Source: Octopus vulgaris (lineage: Eukaryota). From it: DNA of 64,000 nt. The position numbers and the translations under genes were made by a program. The notes beneath the pieces were generated by a model. It searched no databases and was not told the origin of the DNA. It worked only from the letters and a program-made list of their open reading frames with translations. This document shows positions 1 to 12,064 of this stretch, piece after piece (the first letter of the stretch is position 1; each line of letters begins with the position of its first letter). Location: NCBI GenBank assembly GCA_951406725.2, contig OX597837.1, forward strand, positions 2,356,001-2,420,000. The letters run 5' to 3'.

Positions 1-18
1 ATAGCCTAATATATAAAT

Positions 19-58
<40 letters not shown>

Positions 59-185
59 GCGTGTGTGTGTGTATGTATATATGTATGCATATATGTATGT
101 ATGTAGGTAGGTATGTAGGTAGGTAGGTAGGTAGATAGGTAGGTAGGTAGGTAGGTAGGTAGGTAGGTAGGTAGGTAGGTAAGTA

Positions 186-1265
186 TGATGTAACGCCGAT
201 ATGTAGTCCAGGTCTTAGAAGAGTGCAGGAGGACGGTTAAAATGCAAGATTCATAGATACTAAGCTTGCTTTTGAAGATGATACCTCTGTTAGACCACAC
301 ACGATTTTCAAACCTTCTAAATGCTGGCTTTTTCAATTCTCAGGTTTATTTCAGAATCAAAGGCTCCATCTCTAGAGAGAGTGCAGGAAAGGTAGATGAA
401 CGAGTCAACCACATCTAATCTTGTACCCTGGACAAAGATGTTAGGTTCCTCATAGGGTTGGCCTGGTGGCTGAGAGAACATGATCTTTGTTTTCTTTAGA
501 CTGGTGGTAAGTCCAAATGCAATACAAGCTCTAGAGAAGAGATCCAATAGAGCCCGCATGTCCTCCTCGGTGTGAGCAACGAGAACTACATCATCAGCAT
601 AAAGGAACTCTTGAACAAGGCCTTGGAATATCTTCGACTTTGCATTAAAGCGTTTAACATCAAAGACCTTACCTGAAGCATCTTGGAAATCGTGCAAGAT
701 AGTTACAACAAAATATATGGAAAAAGTGTTGGAGCAGTAATATCACCTTGTTTAACCCCGTTACCGATGGAAATTGGTCCCGATAGTGACCCACCGAAGT
801 TAAGACGAGCTTTCATGTCACTATGAAGTTGCTTAAACAAGTTGACAAATTGGGGTGGACATCCAGGTTTACCAAGAATCGTCCAGAGAATGGTCCTATT
901 AACAGTGTCGAAGGCTTTTGTTAAATCGACAAATACCTGGCAAAAATCTATGCAATGTTCGATGCATTTCTCCAGGAGTTGACGGGCAGAAAAACCATGT
1001 CCATTGTGCCACGACCTGATCTAAAACCACACAGACTCTCCGGGATAACAGAGGAGCATAACCATGTTGTTAACCGATTAAGTAAAAGTTTTACATAAAC
1101 CTTACCGACTATTTCAAGCAAGCTTATACTTCTGTAATTGCCACACTCGGATTTGGAACTTTTTCCTTTGAACAATGAAATTAAAATGGCATCAACCCTA
1201 TACTGGGGAACAGGAGCACCCAACCAGATGTCTCATATTAGATCGTAGATCTCTACAGCAAGCCT
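186..1265 (-). mobile_element. RTE-clade LINE fragment, RT domain, inverted 5' part (pseudogenised)
   Basis: Minus-strand translations contain RT motifs CGNYRSISLLEIVGK, IPESLCGFRSGRGTMDMVF, FVDLTKAFDTVNR, GVKQG, FLYADD and LDVVDSFIYL, with frameshifts. Confidence 0.92.
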
Positions 1266-1279
1266 ATTATTAATGAATT

Positions 1280-1905
1280 TTGCATATTAACGGACCTCCT
1301 GTACTCTTCTGAGACCTGGACGATATATCGGCGTCACATCAAGGCTTCAGAAAGATTCCATCAGACTTGCCTTAGGAGAAAACTAGACATCGAATGGAAG
1401 TCTTCAACACCATTCTTCAGCAAATTAACAAATCCGATATTGAAATGATCCTCATACGCAATCAGATGCGTTGGGTTGGGCACCTTGCTAGGGTGCAGGT
1501 TGCCAAAGCAGTTGTTTTATGGGGAGTTGCAATGTGGCAAATGTCCGAGACATAAATCTAAGAAACGTTTAAGGGATGCTGTCAAAAGCAACCTTAAGAC
1601 TCTTAATGGGAAAGTTGAAGACTGGGAGCAGATGACGCAAAATCGATCGGTTTAGAAACAAATGATCTACAATAGATGTAAAGCATTTGGAAATCGAAGA
1701 ATTGAACAATCTATCTTGAAACGAGCACTTTGTAGACAAGACTTAACTACAATCCCAGACTCTTTCCTGCTTAAAAATATTTGTAAAGGTTTGCAGTAAA
1801 GTCTGTTTGTCCAAAGCTGGACTTGCTAGTCACATAAGATCTCATGACAGTATTTATTAATTGAAGAGATGGCCTTCTTCTGTAAAGAAGTGGCAATCGT
1901 CATGT
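1280..1905 (+). mobile_element. RTE-clade LINE 3' part (post-RT region and C-terminal CxxC..HxxxH finger), forward orientation
   Basis: Plus translation gives CILTDLLYSSETWTIYRRHIK, QMRWVGHLAR, KRLRDAVKSNLK, WEQMTQNRS and CSKVCLSKAGLASHIRSH, with stops and frameshifts. Confidence 0.88.
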
Positions 1906-1934
1906 AAATATGTGGGTACTGTGTTTACGAATGT

Positions 1935-2104
1935 GGCTGTCTGTGTTTGTCCCACCGCCGTCGAATGACACCCGATATTGGTTTATTTACATAACCGCAA
2001 CATTAGCGGTTCGGCAAATGACACGATAGAATAAGTACTAGGCTTACAAAGAATAAGTCCTGGCCGCAGTCAAATGAGTGGAACACGTAAAAAATAAAAG
2101 AATA

Positions 2105-2105
<1 letters not shown>
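1935..2105 (+). mobile_element. SINE family A, 3' half
   Basis: Matches the 3' half of the 50270-50697 and 54598-55020 copies (AGCGGTTCGGCAAA..GATAGAATAAGTACTAGGCTTACAAAGAATAAGTCCTGG..GCCGCAGTCAAATGA). Confidence 0.8.
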
Positions 2106-2107
<2 letters not shown>

Positions 2108-2164
<57 letters not shown>

Positions 2165-2365
2165 GTAGGTATGTAGGTAGGTAGGTAGGTAGGTAGGTAG
2201 GTAGGTAGGTAGGTAGGTAGGTAGGTAGGTAGGTAGGTAGGTAGGTAGGTAGGTAGGTAGGTAGGTAGGTAGGTAGGTAAGTAGGTAAGTAGGTAAGTAG
2301 GTAGATAGATAGATAGACAGACAGACAGACAAACAGACAGAAAGAGAGACACAGATAGATAGATA
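2108..2365. repeat. Compound (AGAT)n/(AGGT)n/(AGAC)n microsatellite
   Basis: Directly visible tetranucleotide arrays. Confidence 0.95.
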
Positions 2366-2566
2366 TTTAGGAATGTAGCTAGGCAGTTATAAATGCTAAT
2401 ATGTTTGTATTTATGGGGTAAGTATGTACGTGTGTGTATATATGTATATGTTTGCTTCTGTTTTTTTAATTACTCTAATTCTTCGTCTGAGGAAGGAATT
2501 GGTTTCTAACAAAGATACAAAGCTCTATCGCTGGAATATAGATAAGGAAAACAATGTCACATTTTA

Positions 2567-2597
<31 letters not shown>

Positions 2598-2623
2598 TGT
2601 ATGTATGTATGTATGTATGTATG

Positions 2624-2657
<34 letters not shown>

Positions 2658-2954
2658 TGTATGTATATGAAAAACCATAGTAAAACTTAGCAAAAAACAT
2701 TCACAATAGGGTATTGAAATATAGATAGACGATAATATATACAAAAATAAGCCCACAAGGATGCATAGATATTAATATGTATGGTGATGTATAAGTATCT
2801 ACAGCTACAATAACATATAGACATAAAGAAAATATTTAAATACAAATTTTGTAAATGATAATCTCTCCATTAATTTAATATTTTGTTTCAAAACATTGTT
2901 ATATCCACAAAGATCTTTATCAGAGCGGCCATATTTGTGTAATGGACACAAACA

Positions 2955-3180
2955 CACACACACATTTATAGGTATGTGTGTGTATGTATGTATGTATGTA
3001 TGTATGTATGTATGTATGTATGTATGTATGTATGTATGTATGTATGCGTATGCATGTGTGAGTATAGATAAATCAGATAACAACAAGCTAATAAAACGTA
3101 GATTTCTGGGAAAATAATGTTTTTTGTGCGTGCGCATGCATATATATATATGTATGTATGTATGTATGTATTTATGTATG

Positions 3181-3230
<50 letters not shown>

Positions 3231-4109
3231 TGTATGTATGTATATAGATAGACAGATAGATAGAGGGATATGTGTTTGTGTGTGAATGTGTGTGTGTAAA
3301 TATACATAAAAAATGTGTATATATATATATATACATATATGTATGTATATAAATATATATACATACAGACATATATATGCATAAACATATGTATATACGT
3401 ATATAGATACATATATGTTTGTGTGTGTGTGTGTGTGCGTGTGTGTGTGTGTGCGTGTATGTGTATATAAATACAAACACACACACATATATATATACAT
3501 ATATATATATATGCAATATTTCAGGTTTATTTATGGGTAGATATATATATATATATGTCTATGCCTCTAGGCGTGTATACGGTTATGTGCGTTTGTGTGC
3601 GTGTGTGTATGTGTGTGTGTGAGTGTGTGTGTGCGTGTGTGTGTTATACTCGTTTATATGTATATACTTTCCAGCATTCATAGTTTAGCATGTATGTATT
3701 TATATGCGTATATATATGTGTGTGCATGTGCTCTTCTGTATGTATATTCGTGTGTACACATGTAGGCAAGTAAATGCACAAGTATATATCCATATGTACA
3801 TATATCTTTGTATTTGTATGTATATATGCATACATATATTTATACATGATTGTGTGCGTGTGTGTGTGTGAGTGCGTGTTGATATCTATGCGTATGCATC
3901 TATGCACCTCTGTATGTGCATTTAAATGCATGTGTATTTATGTGTGCACATACATTACCTAACAGGAGATTTCACTAATGCATATGCCTCGATGCGTGCA
4001 CACTTTTAGCTATGTACATTTGCATGCATGCACCTCTGCATATATACGTATGCACTGATGCATTTCGTTCATGTATATACATATATACATCTATGTATAT
4101 ATATACATG

Positions 4110-4144
<35 letters not shown>

Positions 4145-4177
4145 GTATATATACACAAATACATACATATATATATG

Positions 4178-4257
<80 letters not shown>

Positions 4258-4430
4258 CGTGTTTATGTATGTATGCATTCATGCACATGCGTATGTATTT
4301 ATACACACATACAAACGTATAGTTATAAATATGTTTGTGTATGCATGTGCGTGTGTGTGTGCGTATATATGTATATATACATATGTGCATACGAATATCT
4401 ACATACATACATATACATATATATACACAT
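2955..4430. repeat. (TA)n/(TG)n/(TATG)n low-complexity block
   Basis: Directly visible; source of many YI/HT/CV spurious ORFs. Confidence 0.9.
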
Positions 4431-4911
4431 GGAGAAAGAGAAAGATGAAGAGGCGCGTAACGGCATGTATGCGAGTGTGCGTTGGCGGGAGAAGATGACA
4501 TGTCTCAAAAACCACGCAATGTACGACGTATAATTTTTCAATTAATGTTCTCACTGTTGTTAATGCCACATAATGTGGATTTAAAATCATGTAGCATATC
4601 TCTGAAATTTATAGGTATCGATCACTGCCAACGTCTTAAGGCCTTTCCCTATAAAACTTGCCTCCAATATTAAGGTAGAGCAATGAAATTTTCTGTCGTA
4701 AAAACCTCGACTAGATATGAAATAAAATCTAAATTTTTGATTGATATGAAAATCTTTCGTAATGATAGTAATTTCTGCCATGGATGCGAGTCTGAGAAAT
4801 TCTTAGTTTTCTGGTTCGGTGAGTGGGGTGTTAAGCGGGGGCGGTGGATGGATGTTGTGTGTTGGGATGTGTTGTGGATTTGATCGGAAGGGTGAAAAAC
4901 TTAAGCTACCG

Positions 4912-4993
<82 letters not shown>

Positions 4994-5199
4994 TTGTATG
5001 TGCATTGGTACTTCAATATATGTGTGTGTACGTATATACATATATATAATAAGTAACTAAAATTAAATTTAACGGGATTTGATTTGAGAACGTAAATCGA
5101 TGAAAGTTACAAAAATTCAGAATTCTATTTTGATTGATATCCAGTGGATTCCGCCATCTCCAGAAGCTGTCGCTTTGTTATAAGTCTTCCTGGTATCTG

Positions 5200-5357
5200 G
5201 ACAAGACCTGTAATTTTGGGGAGAGGCGCTAGTAGAGTACACGACCCAAGTACTCCACTGGTACTTATTTTATCGACCCTGAAAGGATGAAAGATATTGT
5301 CAACCCCGGCAGAAATTGAACTCAAAACACGAAGACAAACGAAATGCCGCTGATGCG
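5200..5357 (-). mobile_element. SINE family B copy
   Basis: Reverse complement of the GAGTTCAAATTC B-box and CCTTTCATCCTTTCGGGGTCGATAAA..AAGTACCAG core shared with about 20 other copies. Confidence 0.8.
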
Positions 5358-5819
5358 CCAAAAGTTATGTTAGTAGGGCCTATATATACGCACACATAAG
5401 TATATATGTGTTTATACAAATATATGTATTCATATACATACAAAAATATGTGTGTATGTGTATATATATGTATATGTATGTGTGTGCGTATATGACTGTG
5501 TGTGTGTGTGTATCGTTACTATTATGCAAAAGTGTCGTACGTCCACAACGTTGCTTTTTCAGAAAACGAAAAAATATTTCCCCTTTCCATAGCATCAGAA
5601 GCAGCTGGAGATCCGATTGTTTGACCAAAAGAACCAGCTATGGCAAGCAGAAATGAATATCGTAAAAAAACGCTTTTGGCCATTTTCCATATTTGTCATT
5701 TTTCCTATTTCTCTCCGACGACGGAACATCCCATACTCTGGGATATCCAGTTTGGTGATGTTGCCGTCCTCCGTGTTTCTTAGTTCCAGTTCAAGGACTG
5801 CGGCTATGCTGCATGTCAC

Positions 5820-5906
5820 TTTGAGCAACTGTCTTCTACTATAGCCTCGGGCTAACCAAATCCTTGTGAGTGGATTTGGTAAACGGAAACTGAAAAGAAG
5901 CCCGTC

Positions 5907-5979
<73 letters not shown>

Positions 5980-5980
5980 C

Positions 5981-6074
<94 letters not shown>

Positions 6075-6330
6075 CATACATACATACATATATGTATGTA
6101 TGTATTATGTATGCATGTATGTATGTATATGTGTATTTGTGTGTCTGTTTGTTCTCCCACCATCGCTTGACAACCGATACTGGTATGTTTACGTCCATGG
6201 CAAAAGAGACCGATAGAATAAGGCTTACGAAGAATAACTCCTAGGATCGATTTGTTCGACCAAAGGTGGTGCTCCAGCATTGCCGCAGTTAAATCACTGA
6301 AACAAGTAAAAGAACAAAAGAATAAAAGAA
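5820..6330 (+). mobile_element. SINE family A with expanded internal (TA)n/(TACA)n tract
   Basis: GTGTCTTCTACTATAGCC..GTGAGTGGATTTGGT..GAAGCCCGTCG, then about 230 bp of microsatellite, then the family A 3' half. Confidence 0.85.
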
Positions 6331-6801
6331 TATATACATGTGCGTGTATGTATAAGTATATGCACATACATGCATGTGTGTGTGCGTGTGTGTGTGTGTT
6401 TGTAGGGATGGATCTCCATCGGTTTCGAAGATGTGGATTCATTGATCAACCGAACAACTAACTCCATGCATTAACGTATAAGTGACTGAGTATTCCACAG
6501 GCTTGTTATACCCGAAAAGTAAATTTTTTTCAGAACCACCAGAGGGCAGTGTGTTTGCGCACGTGACAAGACCTTACCGTTTCAGTTACAAGCACAATCC
6601 GTGCAACGAGCTTCTTTACAGTTTCCGTTCAGCCACAATTTCATTCACGTGGTATGGATTCGTCCGAGAGTATGGTAAAAAAATCTCTTGACGTAGTTGC
6701 CGAGCAGCAAGATCGAAAGTGGGACCTCTTGATTGTGAAGCAAACCTGTTACGCATTTGGATGTGCTTGCGTTTATATGATCAGTAACTTACACACACAC
6801 G

Positions 6802-6833
<32 letters not shown>

Positions 6834-6899
6834 CACACACACGTGTTGACATTCTTTTAATTTCCATTCTATTACTGTTAATGTTTATTTAATGGTGGT

Positions 6900-6910
6900 C
6901 ATTGGTTTTG

Positions 6911-6967
<57 letters not shown>

Positions 6968-7089
6968 ACATCATCGTCATCATCAACATCATCATCATCA
7001 TCAACATCATCAACATCATCATCATCATCATCATCATCATCAACAGCATCATTTACTACTGTTTACCATTATCATTGTCAATTATCATT

Positions 7090-7121
<32 letters not shown>

Positions 7122-7680
7122 TATCGTCATTTATCATTTTCTTCAGCACCCTCATTCTCATCTCCTCATCCTCGTCATCGTCATCCTCTATCATCTTCCT
7201 CAGCTTTAGCATCCTCCTCATCATCATCATCATCATCATCGTCGTCGTCGTCGTCGTCGTCGCCTCGTCGTAGTCGTCATCATCACCATCATCACCAGCA
7301 TGATCATCTTTGACATTGTCAGCAATCGTTGAATTAGCGCCACTACCAATCAACAACTCCCCTCCCCCGCCATCATCATCAAATGAACCAGCAACAACAG
7401 CAGCAACAACAACAACATCGACACAAACACAATCACATCCGAAGCCATATTAACTTCCCTGTTACATTAACCTCATCAAGGATTGCCACTGCAGCCGTTG
7501 TTGCCGCTGTTGTTGCTGTTGTTGTTGCTGTTGTTGTAGCTGTCGCTTTTAATAACGGTCCTGGGCCTGTCATTATCGGCGCAGCTATTGTTGTTCTTCT
7601 TCTTCTTGATGTTGTTGTTATAGTCGTTGCCATCTCTTATTGATCCTGTCACCGTCGTCGTCGTTGTCATCATCGTTCTC
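6900..7680. repeat. (ATC)n, (GTC)n, (CAA/CAG)n and (GTT)n trinucleotide low-complexity region
   Basis: Directly visible. Confidence 0.9.
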
Positions 7681-8409
7681 CTTCTTGCTGTTTTTCTTGA
7701 CCCTTTTTTTATGTTTTTACCTCACTTCTTCCTATGGACATGGCTTCCCTTCCGTTGTTATGCAGATCAGATAGTTTTTGTTACTCTTGAAGTTGTGGAG
7801 GTGGCGCTGGCACACCTGCGCAAAGGGTTTGCCTACTCTTTGGTCTATCATCTTCTTAGGGAACCGACCGATGGACCGGAACCGTTTTACCCTCTTGTTC
7901 CTCGCAAGTTTTACAATAGTGCAGTTTTCTCATCTTCCTTCGACACCCCAAGACAAGGCACACCAACAGAAAGATATTTACGCTTGCTGACATTGCACCG
8001 AGGAGAGGAAAAATGATTACTTCGCAGACTTATCGATTGGTTCATGTTAGAAGTTCTAAGCAAGGTAAACAACGATAACTCCGTTACTGTTTGACCTCTG
8101 TTTCATCAACGTTTCTTTTAACAGAGTATTTTGCCGAGCCGCTAAGTTACGGGGCCGTTATAGAACCAACACCCGTTGTAAAGCAGTAGTGCAGGACAGA
8201 AACAGTCACACACACACGCACGTAGCTATATATATATATATAAATATAATATACATACATACATACATACATACATACATACATACATACATACATACAT
8301 ACATGCATACATACATACATACATACATACATACATACATACATAGACATACATACATACATACATACATACATACATACATACATACATACATACATAC
8401 ATACATACA

Positions 8410-8439
<30 letters not shown>

Positions 8440-8442
<3 letters not shown>

Positions 8443-8725
8443 TCGTAGGATCGCGGTTTCTATTTCCAGACTGGATGTTGTGAGTGTTTATTAAGCGAAA
8501 ACACCTAAAAACAACTCCACGAGGTTCCGGGAGGGGATGGTGGTGAACTCTGCTGTATTTCAAAGGGACCAGCTTTGTCACACACACTATGTCACGCTGA
8601 ATCTCCCTGAGAACTACGTTAAGGGTATACATGTCTGTGGAGTGCTCAGCCACTTGCTCAGCCACTTGCACATTTCACGTTAATCGGATCGACTGGAACC
8701 CTCGTCGTAACCGACGAAGTGCCAC
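8440..8725 (+). mobile_element. SINE family C (variant 5' region)
   Basis: Shares TGTATTTCAAAGGG..GTCACGCTGAATCTCCCTGAGAACTACGTTAAG..ACTGGAACCCTCGTC..AACCGACG with 11788-12057 and 19949-20244. Confidence 0.8.
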
Positions 8726-8738
8726 GATATATATACAT

Positions 8739-8810
<72 letters not shown>

Positions 8811-8823
<13 letters not shown>

Positions 8824-9184
8824 TCGAGACAAAACCACTATTTTGCAAATCAAACAAGGAAAGACTTAATCAATACATAAAAAATTAATATAGTAAATAA
8901 ATCGCCATCAATTGTTTCATGTCTTCAAATGACATTCGTCAGGTGGATTTCAGATCTTCTATTCAGTTTAATTAAAACTGAATAGAAGATCGAAATCCAC
9001 CTGAGAATGTATATGAATTGTAGTGCGATTTATTACTTTATATTAAATTTTTATATGATAAGTCTTTCCTTGTTTGTTCAAAATTGTTTTCTCGGATTAA
9101 TATTATATAATATTTTACTATAAAATTGGATTTAATCCTAAATCTGATTTTTCCTGTAATTTGGATTTATTCCCTAATATTTAT

Positions 9185-9190
<6 letters not shown>
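8811..9190. mobile_element. Foldback element (arms ~8811-8969 and ~8974-9109, plus unpaired right tail) with hammerhead remnants; Penelope pLTR-like
   Basis: Inverted repeat centred on CAGTTTAATTAAAACTG (8964-8980), flanked by (TA)n on both sides; hammerhead core in the left arm. Confidence 0.75.
8904..8946 (-). ncRNA. Minimal hammerhead ribozyme motif (degenerate cleavage site)
   Basis: Minus strand reads ccac CUGACGA AUGUC-auuugaa-GACAU GAAAC aauu g..; the right arm supplies AAUU GUA GUG, so the consensus stem III is the palindrome ACAAUUGU. Confidence 0.65.
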
Positions 9191-9230
<40 letters not shown>

Positions 9231-9328
9231 AGGTATAAGTTAGAGGTGTTTAAAGCCTCTAAGGGAGGGATAGATCATTTTCCGATGTATCCCTCTACCT
9301 TTCACTCTTCTCCACCTCTGACTTCTTC

Positions 9329-9413
9329 GTTCTGATGATGTCTACCATTGGCAACGAGGTAAAAATATAAATATATATTTTCCTCACTATGGCATGCAGA
9401 AACGATCGTAAAC
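9329..9413 (+). ncRNA. Type I hammerhead ribozyme motif with long stem II
   Basis: guu CUGAUGA (9332-9338), a 60-nt imperfect hairpin (GAGG/CCUC, AAAAUAUA/UAUAUUUU, CCAU/AUGG), GAAAC gauc GUA (9408-9410) aac; palindromic stem III ACGAUCGU; stem I only 3 bp. Confidence 0.7.
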
Positions 9414-9528
9414 TCACTCTTACTCTCACCTTTCTTAACTAATTAAATAATGGCTTCCTAGCGCAAAATACACTTCATATTGTTATTTTTCTTCCATTTT
9501 CTTATCGTCTCTCTCTCTCTATATATAT

Positions 9529-9619
<91 letters not shown>

Positions 9620-9989
9620 CGAGCAAAACGCCCCCCGTCCAATGGACGGTGCTGAGTTGTCAACCATTTAAGCCAATTTTTTCAAAAAACTTGTCCGGCC
9701 ATCCCATAAGCCTCCCCTTTTAGAAACACTGACTTAACCTAAATTTGAGACACCAGCAAAAGAAGAAATAAAGATTTACTTTTTTCTAGTCCAAGAAAAA
9801 CGATTTTACAAATGCACGTTCCTACGGCTTTATCGATCGCATTCTCACCTGGAATCGATTTTTGTAATTTTTTTCAAACCTTATACCTGTCGGTATCTAC
9901 ACATCAAATTTGAGCGCAATCGGATGGAGGATGCCCGAGATCCTAGAAGACACACACACTGACAGACAGAACGGGTTTCATATAATAGA
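9620..9989 (-). mobile_element. Non-autonomous Helitron-like element
   Basis: Minus strand starts a|TCTATTATATGAAA, then (TCTG)/(TG) repeats; ends with hairpin CCGTCC-att-GGACGG (9635-9649) followed by CTCG|t. Confidence 0.65.
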
Positions 9990-10011
9990 TATATGAAATG
10001 TTGAATTTAGT

Positions 10012-10078
10012 TGATGGACCCCAGTATTACTTTTGTGGACCACCAGGGGTGCGCGGGCCCCAGGTTGGGAACCATTGG
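10012..10078. mobile_element. hAT-like MITE terminal fragment
   Basis: GGGGTGCGCGGGCCCCAGGTTGGGAACCATTG resembles the GTTGRGAACCACTG termini of non-autonomous hAT elements; the partner end was not found. Confidence 0.4.
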
Positions 10079-10119
10079 TATAGCCTATATATTAATTAGA
10101 CAGGAGTCGGCTTGAGCAA

Positions 10120-10515
10120 GTTCTTAGCAATGAACGTTATTGGGAAGAATTTTCGTTGAGATCTCATTAACTATAGATTTTCGAGAAGACTTTATTAGCC
10201 ATGGATTTCTCGGCAAATGAAATGCTTTGTGATTCTTGAAGAAGTTATTAGCTTCGATTTCTTGAAAAGTTATTGGCTTTGAGTAATCTTAGAACTGTTA
10301 TTAGCTGTTCTAGAAGAAGAAGAAAAAAATGAAAACAAATGATTAGCTAGGAATGCTCTCGAAGACGTTATTAGCTGGGAATATTTTCTTGAAGATGGTA
10401 TAGTTATTAGCTATGGATTTTTATAGAGAATTTAGAGATTTGGATATTAGCAAGGAATTATTTTAAATATTTTATTACCACAAACTTCGTTAAAGAATAT
10501 TATTAGCGATTGCTT
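10120..10515 (+). repeat. Degenerate ~26-30 bp minisatellite, block 1
   Basis: Recurrent GTTATTAGC(T)..GATTTCTTGAAGA motif, more than 10 diverged units. Confidence 0.65.
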
Positions 10516-10831
10516 TGGGGGAAAGTGGTGGGGGTAATTGTTGCCGTTTTTGTTGTTGCTGCTTAGACTAATGTCAGTTCCAATTAAGGATAATTATAAC
10601 CAATTGTGTTCTCCAACCGTGGTCATCCCGTCTCTTTTTAAGACACACCATATCTAGAGACACACCATGTCAACTACTGTCTCATACTTTCACACATTCT
10701 CTTTTATATAATTTATTCAACTGTGATTTGAGGGAGATTTAGTTGCTATTTCTAACACAACAAACTGCAAAATGGAAGCCTTTCTTATTGTTTTATATTT
10801 TGTTACAAGAATTATTATAGGCCCAGCTGGG

Positions 10832-11510
10832 GCTTTGTGGGAAGTATCTGCTTCCCAGTGACATGGTTCCGGGTTCAGCCCCACTGCAAGGCACCTTGAG
10901 TGTCTTTTACGATAGTCCTGGGTCAACCAAAGCCTTATGAGCGGATTTCGTAGACGGAAACTAAAAAAATATGTGTGTGTGAGTGTATGCGTGTGTATGT
11001 GTGTGTATGTAATTAGATAAAAATAGTTATGGCCGGTCTTTGTGATTACTCTGGGTTTCACGTCCATAAAGCACTTAGCTTTTCAGCGTCTCTTCAGACC
11101 CTAATGGCCAGTAGCCAATAGCTCCTCTTCAAAATGAAGGGCCACCGGCCATTAGGGTCTAACGAGACGTATGTAAACCTAAGCGTTTTATGGACGCGAA
11201 ACCCTGGGTAAACCTATGAACCGGCCATATCTACCTTTATCTAAATACTCTAGTGCTCTATGAATTACGGTGTGCTTCTCTTTCGGATTTATGATTTACT
11301 GGCGATGTGTGTGTGTGGAGGGGGGTCCTTGTTATTGTTTGTCACTCAACACCGTTTGACAACCGGTGTTTATGTCTCCATAAAAAATGACGCCACCAGA
11401 ATAAATAACAGGTTTAAGATGTGCCCTGGGGTCGATTCGTTCGACTAAAACTGTTCAAAGCGGTGCCCCAGCATGGCCGTCTCAAATGACTGAAACAAGT
11501 AAAAGAGCAA
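10832..11510 (+). mobile_element. SINE family A split by an inserted palindromic element
   Basis: 5' half at 10832-10970 and 3' half at ~11330-11510; the foldback 11012-11305 sits in the internal microsatellite. Confidence 0.75.
11012..11305. mobile_element. Foldback element (arms ~11012-11116 and ~11140-11244) with degenerate hammerhead cores in both arms
   Basis: TATGGCCGGT/ACCGGCCATA, CGTCCATAAA/TTTATGGACG and AGACCCTAATGGCC/GGCCATTAGGGTCT pair. Minus arm: CUGAAGA..GAAAC ccaga GUA. Plus arm: CUaACGA..GAAAC ccugg GUA. Confidence 0.7.
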
Positions 11511-11520
11511 AAGGTTCAAG

Positions 11521-11730
11521 ACGGCCAGCTGGCAGAACAATTAGCGCGTCGCACAAAATGTTTTACGACATTTCTTCTTCCTCTATACGCTCTGAGTTCA
11601 AACGCCGCCGAAGATGACTTTGCCATCCACTCTTTCGGGGTCGTTAAAATAAGTACCAGTCAAATACTGGGGTCAGTGCAGTCGACTATCTCCCTCTATC
11701 CCTCCCACCCTCTAAGATTGCTGCTCTTGT
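11521..11730 (+). mobile_element. SINE family B copy
   Basis: AGCTGGCAGAA A-box-like, GAGTTCAAAC B-box-like, family core. Confidence 0.8.
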
Positions 11731-11787
11731 ATCAGACACGTTTCATGGCTACGTGTTTCTTGGTGACATTATGTGCCGCAGAGTGAA

Positions 11788-12057
11788 TGTGCGCGGCTTG
11801 GTGGTTACAGCGATAGTTCGATAGGCGGTGGCGTCTTGTGACCTTGAGCAAAACACCTCATTTCACGTTCATCCATGTCCACTCAGCGGGCAAAAGAAAA
11901 TTGTGGTACCTGTAATTTCAAATGGGTCGACCTCGTCACACTCTGTGTCACGCTGAATCACCCTGAGAACTACGTTAAGAGTTACACGTGTCTTTAGAGA
12001 ACTGTTCCGTTGATTGGATCAACTGGAACCCTCGTCCTCATAACCGACGACGTACCA
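11788..12057 (+). mobile_element. SINE family C copy
   Basis: GGCTTGGTGGTTA A-box-like head, GTGACCTTGAGCAAAACAC central motif, shared 3' tail. Confidence 0.8.
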
Positions 12058-12064
12058 GTTATTT

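Noticed and set aside
7871-8049. Signal-peptide-like ORF MDRNRFTLLFLASF.. with in-frame TGA in C*HC (possible selenoprotein)
   Set aside because: The pattern is not CxxU or UxxC, no SECIS was identified, and the ORF is short; probably chance.
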